Positions 1-7,135 of a stretch of DNA of 24,000 nt are shown piece by piece. The first letter of the stretch is position 1, and each line of letters begins with the position of its first letter. Origin of the DNA: Blastococcus sp. Marseille-P5729. Lineage in GTDB: Bacteria; Actinomycetota; Actinomycetes; Mycobacteriales; Antricoccaceae. The position numbers and the translations under genes are program-made. The stretch spans positions 355,192-379,191 of the forward strand of contig NZ_OMPO01000001.1 of assembly GCF_900292035.1 (NCBI RefSeq). The letters are read 5' to 3'. The notes under the pieces are model-generated. The model was not told where the DNA came from. It worked only from the letters and a program-made list of their open reading frames with translations, and ran no database searches.

Positions 1-2
1 CG

Positions 3-1040
3 CTGACCGAATGTCTGCTCGCGCAGCTTCAGACCCACTCACGCGCAGCGGAGTTGGACGACGCTCGCGCACTCACCACACGGGCACTCGCCGATACCGC
101 GGACATCCTGTACGACGAGGATCTGCAGCTGGCACTCTTCTGTCTCTACGAGCTCCACTACTCGGGTCTTGCCGGGGTCGATGACGACTGGGAGTGGAGC
201 CCACCCCTATTGGAGTTGCGCCACGAGATAGAGGTTGCCTTCGAGTCCCGCCTCAGAGTGGGTTCGGCCGAGCTCAGCCGGAGGGCCGCTGCCCCATCGA
301 CTGCCCACGAGGTTGCTGAGGTGCTGTTCGCGATGGCGGCCGGCGATGACTCCCCCTCCGTTGCGGATTTCATTGCGCGCAAGGCCGATACCGGGCAGCT
401 GCGCGAGCTCGTTGTTCACAAGTCGGTCTATCAGCTCAAGGAGGCCGATCCCCACACCTGGGCGATTCCACGGCTCACCCACCGGCCCAAGGCCGCGCTC
501 GTGGAGATCCAGGCAGACGAGTACGGCGGGGGTCAACTCGATCAGATGCACTCCGCGATGTTCGCCACGACCATGTCGGAACTCGGCCTCGATAACGACT
601 TCGGCGCGTACGTCGACTGGGTACCGGCGCTGTCTCTGGCGACCGTGAACCTGATGTCACTGTTCGGCCTACACCGCCGGCTCCGCGGAGCGATCGTCGG
701 ACACCTCGCCATCTACGAGATGGGCTCCTCGCTGCCGAGCCGCAAGTACGCGCGCGGCCTCCGGCGCCTCGGCTTCGATGCTCCCGCAGCCAGCTACTTC
801 GACGAGCACGTGGAAGCCGACGCCGTCCACGAGCAGATCGCCGGGCGCGATCTTGCGGGCGGGCTGGTCGAGCAGGATCCCTCCCTCATGCCGGACGTCG
901 TCTTCGGTGCAGCAAGCGCGCTCTTCGTGGGCGGCCTGCTCGATCAGTGGCAGCTGGCGGCCTGGAACAGCGGAAGCAGCTCGCTACGTCGTCCACTCCC
1001 CGCGCTCGAAGACGCGTCGCCGTCCCGCCACTCCGCCTAG
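3..1040 (+). CDS. iron-containing redox enzyme family protein (heme-oxygenase-like fold, putative diiron oxidase); 5' end probably outside the window
   Basis: The frame is open from the window edge: there is no stop between nt 3 and the TTG at 54 used by the ORF track. Stop TAG at 1038-1040. Motifs LALFCLYELHYSG, EIQADEYGGG, GHLAIYE and DEHVEADAVHEQ resemble the Haem_oxygenase_2-type family and supply Glu/Asp/His candidates for a diiron site. Third-position GC is high. Confidence 0.8.
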   Translation: MTECLLAQLQTHSRAAELDDARALTTRALADTADILYDEDLQLALFCLYELHYSGLAGVDDDWEWSPPLLELRHEIEVAFESRLRVGSAELSRRAAAPSTAHEVAEVLFAMAAGDDSPSVADFIARKADTGQLRELVVHKSVYQLKEADPHTWAIPRLTHRPKAALVEIQADEYGGGQLDQMHSAMFATTMSELGLDNDFGAYVDWVPALSLATVNLMSLFGLHRRLRGAIVGHLAIYEMGSSLPSRKYARGLRRLGFDAPAASYFDEHVEADAVHEQIAGRDLAGGLVEQDPSLMPDVVFGAASALFVGGLLDQWQLAAWNSGSSSLRRPLPALEDASPSRHSA

Positions 1041-1057
1041 ATACTGGGGAATCACAC

Positions 1058-1282
1058 ATGAGCGACGCCAACCCCGCACAGATCATGGTCTGCCCGGACG
1101 GCCCGCTCCTGGTCCGGGGTGAAGTGGACCTCGTGGACGAGAACGGCGACCGGATCGAGACGCGACGACAGACCGTGGCGCTGTGCCGGTGCGGAGCATC
1201 GGGGATCAAACCCTTCTGTGACGGGACCCACAAGCGCATCCACTCGAACGCTGCTGCCAAGCGGAGGCGCCAGGTAACCTGA
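1058..1282 (+). CDS. CDGSH-type iron-sulfur domain protein (74 aa)
   Basis: ATG at 1058 is preceded by GGGGA and lies 17 nt after the upstream stop. The signature C-R-C-G-A-S-G-I-K-P-F-C-D-G-T-H matches the CDGSH 2Fe-2S motif C-x-C-x2-S-x3-P-x-C-D-G-[ST]-H. The ORF-track start at 947 overlaps the upstream gene and was not used. Confidence 0.9.
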   Translation: MSDANPAQIMVCPDGPLLVRGEVDLVDENGDRIETRRQTVALCRCGASGIKPFCDGTHKRIHSNAAAKRRRQVT

Positions 1283-1522
1283 GCCCTTCGTCGGAGCGAC
1301 GACCTGGCAAGACTGAAGCGCTCCTCGAAGACTGACGAGGGCGGCGACGTCCCCGCGCCCCTAACCTCAATCGACGACGGCGGCGGTCGATCCGTCCTCG
1401 TTCAACGGGCACGCACCGGCCAGGAAGATCAGCCGGGCATCCTTGGGCGCCGTCGCCGCATACGCGTACTCGGCGGCATCAGAGAGCGTCGAGGCACGGA
1501 TCAACCGCACAGAGGTAACCAT
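1283..1522 (-). pseudogene. RidA/YjgF-family gene remnant
   Basis: ATG at 1522-1520 gives MVTSVRLIRASTLSDAAEYAYAATAPKDARLIFLAGACPLNEDGSTAAVVD, a typical RidA-like N-terminus. In-frame TGA (1369-1367) and TAG (1363-1361) follow, then GDVAA in the same frame. The remaining part of the family fold is missing because the frame runs into the 3' end of the CDGSH gene. Confidence 0.55.
1286..1330 (+). terminator. imperfect stem-loop just after the CDGSH stop (possible U-tract-less terminator)
   Basis: CTTCG (1286-1290) pairs with CGAAG (1326-1330), and GGAGCG (1293-1298) pairs with CGCTCC (1319-1324). That gives 11 bp with a small internal loop and a 20-nt apical loop. No T-run follows, so function is uncertain. 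Confidence 0.25.
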
Positions 1523-1593
1523 GCCGGCCATTCTCGCGGAATCCCGCGTCCAGCGCTAAAGAGCTGGCTCGTCTGCCTACGGTTCGAGCGGAG

Positions 1594-2073
1594 TCAGCTG
1601 AGCGCTTCGTCGAGCAGTGTGAGTGCCGCCAGCGCGAACGCGCGCATGTTGGCCTCCCGGTCATCTGAACCCGTCTCGATGGTGCGCGACAGCTCCGCAG
1701 GTCCGACGAGGCTCACGCAGGTGTGGCCCGAGGCGTCGCCGTACCGATTGCCGCCCGGCCCGGCAGCGCCGGTCTCCGAGAGGCCCCACGTCGCGCCCAG
1801 CCGCTCCCGCATGCGATCGGCGAGAATGAACGCATAGGGCTCGCTCGAGGACCGGACGCCGGTCAGGTCGGACGACGTGAAGCCCAGCAGCTCGGCTCCT
1901 GCCACCTTCGTGTAGACCACTGCCCCACCTAGGAAGTAGGCCGATGCGCCCGGCTGGGCCAGCAGCGCCGCAGCGATGAGGCCGCCGGACGACGACTCTG
2001 CGACGGCTACCGTCTCGCGGCGCTCACGCAGTCGTTCTGCGACGCTCTTCGCGATCGTCATCAAGCCGTCCAT
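1594..2073 (-). CDS. CinA-family protein (PncC-like nicotinamide-nucleotide amidase domain)
   Basis: 159 aa. VAVAESSSGGLIAAALL and SETGAAGP are typical of the CinA C-terminal domain. GAGGAG sits 5 nt upstream of the ATG at 2073. Confidence 0.9.
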   Translation of the reverse strand: MDGLMTIAKSVAERLRERRETVAVAESSSGGLIAAALLAQPGASAYFLGGAVVYTKVAGAELLGFTSSDLTGVRSSSEPYAFILADRMRERLGATWGLSETGAAGPGGNRYGDASGHTCVSLVGPAELSRTIETGSDDREANMRAFALAALTLLDEALS

Positions 2074-2222
2074 GCGTTCTCCTCACCCATACCGGTCGCT
2101 CGCCTGCTCGACCGAGGATCATCCGTGGTCGTCACATCCAGACCCAGATAGTAGGCGTAGAGCTCCCTCGATGAGGCCAGATCACCGACCGGCAGATCGG
2201 CGATGATCTCTATTACGCGCAT
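2061..2222 (-). pseudogene. possible VOC/glyoxalase-family N-terminal remnant
   Basis: From the ATG at 2222, MRVIEIIADLPVGDLASSRELYAYYLGLDV looks like the first beta-alpha-beta unit of a VOC protein. Similarity is then lost, and the frame ends at 2061, overlapping the cinA-like start. Only about 30 aa of a fold of about 120 aa is recognisable. Confidence 0.3.
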
Positions 2223-2273
2223 CGCACAGAGTCCCTTCGGGAGCGAACGCGACCCGGGTACCACACTGGTCCC

Positions 2274-2696
2274 ATGAGCCGATCACGTAAGGCCCGTCCC
2301 GCGGACGTCGATGAGATCTGCGCTTCGCTTCCGCAGACCTGGTTCGGGACGTCGTGGGGCGACGTCCCCACCTGGCTAGTCCGTCAGAAGGACGGCGATA
2401 CGAAAGGCCGCGGATTCGTGCTCTACCGCAAACCGCACAAGACTGCGATCGACCCGGTGAGCGGTACGCCGTACGACGATCTGCTGGTGATCCGGACGCC
2501 GTCGATGGCCGACAAGGCGGCCTTGGTCGCCCAGGGGCCGTACTTCGACATCGAGCACTTCGCCCGCAACAGCGCCGTCCTGGTGCAGCTGTCCCGGATC
2601 GCAGAGATCACCCGCGACGAGCTCGCCGAGGTCATCACCGACGCGTGGCGCACCTGCGCGCCGCGGCGGCTGCGTGACCAGCACCCGGACCTCTGA
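2274..2696 (+). CDS. hypothetical protein, MmcQ/YjbR-like
   Basis: 140 aa with high GC3. The overall pattern (ICASLPQT...GFVLYRKP...YFDIEHFARNSAVLVQLSRI...ELAEVITDAWRTCAP) resembles the YjbR/MmcQ family. The family call comes from recollection only. Confidence 0.6.
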   Translation: MSRSRKARPADVDEICASLPQTWFGTSWGDVPTWLVRQKDGDTKGRGFVLYRKPHKTAIDPVSGTPYDDLLVIRTPSMADKAALVAQGPYFDIEHFARNSAVLVQLSRIAEITRDELAEVITDAWRTCAPRRLRDQHPDL

Positions 2697-2739
2697 GCCC
2701 CGCCGTACGTCCTCGGGATTCCGCCTGAGCCGCTGGTGC

Positions 2740-3453
2740 TTATGGCTGCTTGGCGAGCAGCTTGATGACCGCCTTGCCCACGTCCGCGGCGCTCGTGGGG
2801 TTCTGGCCGGTGACGAGCCGGTCATCCACCACGACCTTCGAGGCCATCGGCCGCAGCGCCTTGGTGTACTTCGCTCCCTGCTCCTTTAATTGCTCATCGA
2901 GGCGGAAGGGCACCGCCTTGTCGCGGCCGGCCAGCTTCTCCTCCGCCCAGCTGAAGCCGGTCACCTTGCGACCCCCTAGGAAAGGGCGCCCCTCAGCGTC
3001 AATCGCCGCCAACAGACCGGCGGGTCCGTGGCAGACCGCGGCCACGATGCCGCCGTCCCGATCGGTCGTCGAGATCCGCTCCGCGAGCGCCGCCGAGGTC
3101 GGGAAGTCGAACATGGTGCCGTGCCCGCCGGTGAGATAGACCGCGTCGAAATGCTGGCCCTCGAGCGACTCCACCGAAGGGGTGTCGTCGAGCAGGTCCA
3201 TGAACTCCCGGTCCTCATAGCGCTCGTCGGTCTTGCCCTGCTTCAGCACCAGCGGGCCGAGGCTCTCCGGGTCGATCGGCACCTGACCGCCGGCGATGCT
3301 CGCGATGACTACCTCGTGCCCCGCCGCGGTCACCAGGTCGTAGAAGTGCGTGAGCTCACCAAGCCACAAGCCCGTCCGATAACCCACCGTCTCGTACTCC
3401 GACGTGCTGGTGACCACGGCGAGAACGCGCTTGGGACTGGTTTTGTTGGCCAT
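2740..3453 (-). CDS. DJ-1/PfpI-family type 1 glutamine amidotransferase-like protein
   Basis: Start chosen at ATG 3453 (MANKTSPKRVLAVVTS...), with GGAG 7 nt upstream. Nucleophile-elbow motif AAVCHGPAGLL. The 40-codon N-terminal extension in the ORF track lacks coding character. Confidence 0.9.
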   Translation of the reverse strand: MANKTSPKRVLAVVTSTSEYETVGYRTGLWLGELTHFYDLVTAAGHEVVIASIAGGQVPIDPESLGPLVLKQGKTDERYEDREFMDLLDDTPSVESLEGQHFDAVYLTGGHGTMFDFPTSAALAERISTTDRDGGIVAAVCHGPAGLLAAIDAEGRPFLGGRKVTGFSWAEEKLAGRDKAVPFRLDEQLKEQGAKYTKALRPMASKVVVDDRLVTGQNPTSAADVGKAVIKLLAKQP

Positions 3454-3843
3454 CGGAACTCCGTAACCTAGGCGGTGATTGAGAACGCCGGTCGATGCTT
3501 GGCTGAGCGTCCTGGAAGAGTCCGTACCCAATCGGCGGGTTTCCACACCAGGTCCTGCGGTCATTATCGCCACTACCGCGACGGGCGCGATCCTGCTCGT
3601 GCCTGGGGTGCCGGGCCAATGGCTGCGTCACTGAGGTGATCGTGATGATCCTGTTCGCCGTCTACTGGGAGCCACGCGGTGATGGCGCAGCGCTTGGCTA
3701 CTAGCGCCTCCCCTCGCCTCTTCCGTGGCACTATGCCACCTACGCGGACGATCAGCGTCGTACGGAGAGGAACCATCATTGAGCCGGCGAGTACTCAAGC
3801 ACCGTCCAGCGTGGCAAGACCCCCGGTCTCGGCTGAGGCACCG

Positions 3844-4473
3844 ATGGTGACTCTTCCCTCCGGTGCGTCTCTCACGGGAGATGTGGAACCAAGCACGCCC
3901 GCGGTCGCGGTGCTGATGCACGGGTCCACTCTCGGCTTCACCTCACTGCCGGCCTGGATGGCGCCAGCCCCGTTGCGTATGCAGCTGTTCGCCGCAGGCA
4001 TCGACCGTCGATCCGGCTCACGGATCGCCGTGCTGCGGCTCAGGTACCCCGACCGGGACCTCCGGTCACAGTTCCGTGGTGCGCTACGGGACACTGCCGC
4101 GGCCCTGGCACACATTCAACAGATCGCGCCCCGCGCACGAATCGGGCTGGTCGGGCACTCCAACGGAGGCAGAGTTGCCCTTCGGCTCAGCGCGGACGCA
4201 CGCATCCACGCTGTCGCGGCGCTCGCGCCGTGGCTGCTACCGTCCGACCGCATCAAGCCGCGGCGCGGTACTCCCCTCCTGCTCATGCATGGCAGCCTGG
4301 ACTTCGTCACCAGCCCCCGACTCACAGCCGAGCTCGCGGCGCGGCTACGGCACGGTGGAGCGGACGTCGACTATGAGTCGGTTTCGGGCGACAACCACTT
4401 CCTCCTCGCCCAGGCCGCGTACTGGCATTCCCGGGTGGCGGACTTCATGACTCGTCACCTCGTCGACGACTGA
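3844..4473 (+). CDS. alpha/beta hydrolase
   Basis: GHSNGG nucleophile elbow, LLMHGSLDF and GDNHF (candidate Asp/His). Start ATG 3844 was chosen because GAGG lies upstream and MVTLPSG...AVAVLMHG is a typical N-terminus. Alternative in-frame ATGs are at 3733 and 3679. Confidence 0.8.
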   Translation: MVTLPSGASLTGDVEPSTPAVAVLMHGSTLGFTSLPAWMAPAPLRMQLFAAGIDRRSGSRIAVLRLRYPDRDLRSQFRGALRDTAAALAHIQQIAPRARIGLVGHSNGGRVALRLSADARIHAVAALAPWLLPSDRIKPRRGTPLLLMHGSLDFVTSPRLTAELAARLRHGGADVDYESVSGDNHFLLAQAAYWHSRVADFMTRHLVDD

Positions 4474-4523
4474 GGCTCTCCGACGCGCCCCCACCAGCGG
4501 CGATCTCACCGGCGGCCCCGTGC

Positions 4524-4895
4524 TCACAGCGCGAGCGACACCGATACCCAACGATGACGCCGGCAGTCCGGGCAGCGCATCAGCGAGGGGTAACGCCACT
4601 TCAGCAACGGCAGGTGCAGGCTCGGGACAGCGGCGCACATGATCCCGAGCAACCCCATCCTGGTCTGCGTACGGCACGACGAGCAGCTCAGTAAGAACCA
4701 TCCGTCGTCGCCGGTTCTCGGGCCGGACGGCGCTGCAACTCCATTCGCGTCATCGACCTGCAGAACGCCAGCAGGGGGACCGTCCGGCTCACTGGCGGCG
4801 GTCTCGGAGAACAGTGCCGCGCGAGCGTCGCGACGTCGCCGCTGCGCAGGCTGCGACGTTCCGCCGAGTCGGGTGAAGTCGGTGTGCCTGGTCAT
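4524..4895 (-). CDS. small hypothetical protein with Arg-rich N-terminus and C-terminal CxxC...CxxC module
   Basis: Its ATG (4895-4893) overlaps the ParA-like stop (4894-4892) as ATGA. 123 aa. N-terminal QPAQRRRRDARAALF, and C-terminal CSSC(x36)CPDC flanking a hydrophobic stretch GLLGIMCAAVPSLHLPLL. GC3 is compatible with coding. Confidence 0.6.
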   Translation of the reverse strand: MTRHTDFTRLGGTSQPAQRRRRDARAALFSETAASEPDGPPAGVLQVDDANGVAAPSGPRTGDDGWFLLSCSSCRTQTRMGLLGIMCAAVPSLHLPLLKWRYPSLMRCPDCRRHRWVSVSLAL

Positions 4896-5695
4896 GTACC
4901 GACCTCCTGCATCGGCGCGCGGTCCGCGGCCAGTGCCCGCGCGTGGACGCGATAGGCATCAGCGCCGCGGGTGCGACTGGCGGTGCGCAGAATCGACCGA
5001 CCCGCGGCAGGCGCCTCGGCGAACCGGATCGACCGAGCGATGGGCGGATCGAGCACCTCCACCTCGTAGCGCATCGCGACGTCCGCCAGCACGTCCTTTG
5101 CGTGCGTCGTCCGTCCGTCATACATGGTCGGCAGTATGCCGCGGACCTTGAGCTTGCGGTTGGTCATCTTCCGGACGTCCTCGATGGTCTCCAGCAGCTG
5201 GCCCACTCCGCGGTGAGAGAGGGTCTCGCACTGCAGTGGTACGACGACCTCGCCGGCCGCGGTGAGCGCGTTGACGGTGAGGACACCGAGAGACGGCGGG
5301 CAGTCCAGCAGGATGAAGTCGTAGCTCTCCCCCGCCTCGGTGAGATCCTCGAGCGCCGTCCGTAGCGCGTACTCGCGGCCGGTCCTGGTCAGCAGCATCG
5401 CCTCGGCGGCCGCGAGATCGATGCTCGCCGGCAGCAGATCGGGGCCGTCCTCGGTCTGCAGGATCACCTCACGGGCATCCGCGCCCGCGGTGAGCACATC
5501 GTGCACCGAGCGCTCCAACGAATCGGGGTCGACTCCCAGGGAGAAGGTCATGCAGGCCTGGGCATCGAGATCCACCATCAGCACCCGATATCCGAGGTCA
5601 TGCAGGCCTACACCGAACGAGATGGTGGTCGTCGTCTTGGCCACACCGCCCTTCTGGTTGGCGATGGCGATGCAGGTGGGCTGGTCCGCGGCCAT
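4892..5695 (-). CDS. ParA/Soj-family (MinD/ParA-type) P-loop ATPase, orphan
   Basis: Deviant Walker A NQKGGVAKTTT and MVDLDAQ. Start ATG 5695 has a GAGGAGG SD 3 nt upstream. No parB-like gene is adjacent. Confidence 0.92.
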   Translation of the reverse strand: MAADQPTCIAIANQKGGVAKTTTTISFGVGLHDLGYRVLMVDLDAQACMTFSLGVDPDSLERSVHDVLTAGADAREVILQTEDGPDLLPASIDLAAAEAMLLTRTGREYALRTALEDLTEAGESYDFILLDCPPSLGVLTVNALTAAGEVVVPLQCETLSHRGVGQLLETIEDVRKMTNRKLKVRGILPTMYDGRTTHAKDVLADVAMRYEVEVLDPPIARSIRFAEAPAAGRSILRTASRTRGADAYRVHARALAADRAPMQEVGT

Positions 5696-5791
5696 GGTCC
5701 TCCTCGTGGGATGTCGAGACCGTGCCTCCATCGTCTCAGGCATACCGCGCAACGCGGCGGCGCCCCGCCGTCGTGCGACCGCGCGTCGCAG

Positions 5792-6937
5792 CTACTCCGC
5801 TCGCGCGACCAGCAGCGGGACGTGCTGCTCCGCGCTGGTCAACGACCCGTGCTGACCGATCAGCTGCGACAGCAACGGTTCTGCCGAGCTCCGCACCACG
5901 ACGGCCTCGCCTCGCATCGCCACGACGACATCCCCGATTCGCTGTTCGACACCGGGCGCGACCGGCCCGAACCAGCCCTCCGAGATCGCCTGATCCCGCG
6001 ACAGCACCCAGGCCGCCTCACCCAGGCGCTCCCGCCAGGTCGCCAGTACGTCGGTCTGCGCGCCGGGCTCGCAGTAGACATGCCTGGACCGGGGGTCCCC
6101 GGCCAGCGCCGTCACGCCCTCCTGCAGGCCGGCGTCGGCGTCCGCATCGAACGTCTCACCTCTGGTCACCATGCCGTGATCGCCGGTCACCAGCAGCATG
6201 CCGTCTCGGGGAAGGTCATCCGCGACGGATGCCGCGAGCCGGTCGACCTGACGCAGCTGCATCCGCCACGGCTCTGAGCCCGGCCCGTAGATGTGGCCCA
6301 GCAGGTCGAGGTCGGCGTGGTAGCCGTAGCAGAGCGATCGGCCCGGCCCGCCGACACTGTCGACCATCTGGGCCGTGAGGTCGCCCATGGCCCAGGTTCC
6401 CCTGAAGTTGCCGCCGCGCAGTACGGCCCGGGTCAGGCCGGACCCCGCGAACTCCTGCTTCGAGATGGTCGTGGTGTGGATCCCGGCGGCCGCGGCGCGC
6501 TCGAGCGCGGTCGGCGCAGGCTGCACCTCCTCAGGCGGCAGCGACTCTCGCAGATCGACGTGCGGCCCGCTGCCGTGCGCCCGCCACTGCAGGCTGTCGA
6601 GCACGGCCCCGCCGGGCATCCGGAACGAGATGCCGAGGATCCCATGGACGCCCGGTGGAAGTCCCGTTCCCAGTGAGGCCAGACTGATCGAGGTGCTCGA
6701 CGGGAACCCCACGGTCAGCGGCCCGGCTTCCTCGAGCGAGGCGAGGAACGGGGCGTCTGCCGCGTGAGCGCGAAGCAGCTCGGCACCGAGTCCATCGACC
6801 AGCAGGACGGCGGCCGCCCGCGCCTCGGGCAGCCGCAGGCTCGTCGGCCGCTCACCAGGACAACCGAGGGAGCGCAGAACCGCAGGGAGGACGTCGGCGA
6901 GAGAGCGTTCGCCGTACGCCGGGGTCACGATCGTCAT
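5792..6937 (-). CDS. alkaline phosphatase-superfamily protein (type I phosphodiesterase/nucleotide pyrophosphatase-like)
   Basis: 381 aa. VLLVDGLGAELL, FPSSTSISLASLGTGLPPGVHG and VTGDHGM are typical metal/nucleophile regions of the NPP/AlkP superfamily. Confidence 0.85.
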   Translation of the reverse strand: MTIVTPAYGERSLADVLPAVLRSLGCPGERPTSLRLPEARAAAVLLVDGLGAELLRAHAADAPFLASLEEAGPLTVGFPSSTSISLASLGTGLPPGVHGILGISFRMPGGAVLDSLQWRAHGSGPHVDLRESLPPEEVQPAPTALERAAAAGIHTTTISKQEFAGSGLTRAVLRGGNFRGTWAMGDLTAQMVDSVGGPGRSLCYGYHADLDLLGHIYGPGSEPWRMQLRQVDRLAASVADDLPRDGMLLVTGDHGMVTRGETFDADADAGLQEGVTALAGDPRSRHVYCEPGAQTDVLATWRERLGEAAWVLSRDQAISEGWFGPVAPGVEQRIGDVVVAMRGEAVVVRSSAEPLLSQLIGQHGSLTSAEQHVPLLVARAE

Positions 6938-7135
6938 GCCCCCAGCCTGTCATGACGAGGGCGTGGGCAGGCCGGGCCGGAGCGCATCGAGTCGTTAGCG
7001 GTGGTCAGGCCCATGGAATCCGTCAGCAGTTCACGATGACCTATCGCGCATCGGCCACCTGTGCACCCCGCAGATTTCGCGGGGATTTCGCCGACCCACC
7101 CACCTTGATCGCCGACATGCTGGCAGGCTGGAGGC

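Noticed and set aside
1560-1600. GGTTCGAGC resembling a tRNA T-loop
   Set aside because: The flanking bases do not form a T-stem (CTACG versus CGGAG), and no acceptor or anticodon arms can be drawn. It also lies at the 3' end of the cinA-like gene.
5501-6378. 258-aa and 218-aa plus-strand ORFs
   Set aside because: Both are antisense to the alkaline-phosphatase-family and ParA-like genes, are Arg/Pro-rich and have no motifs.
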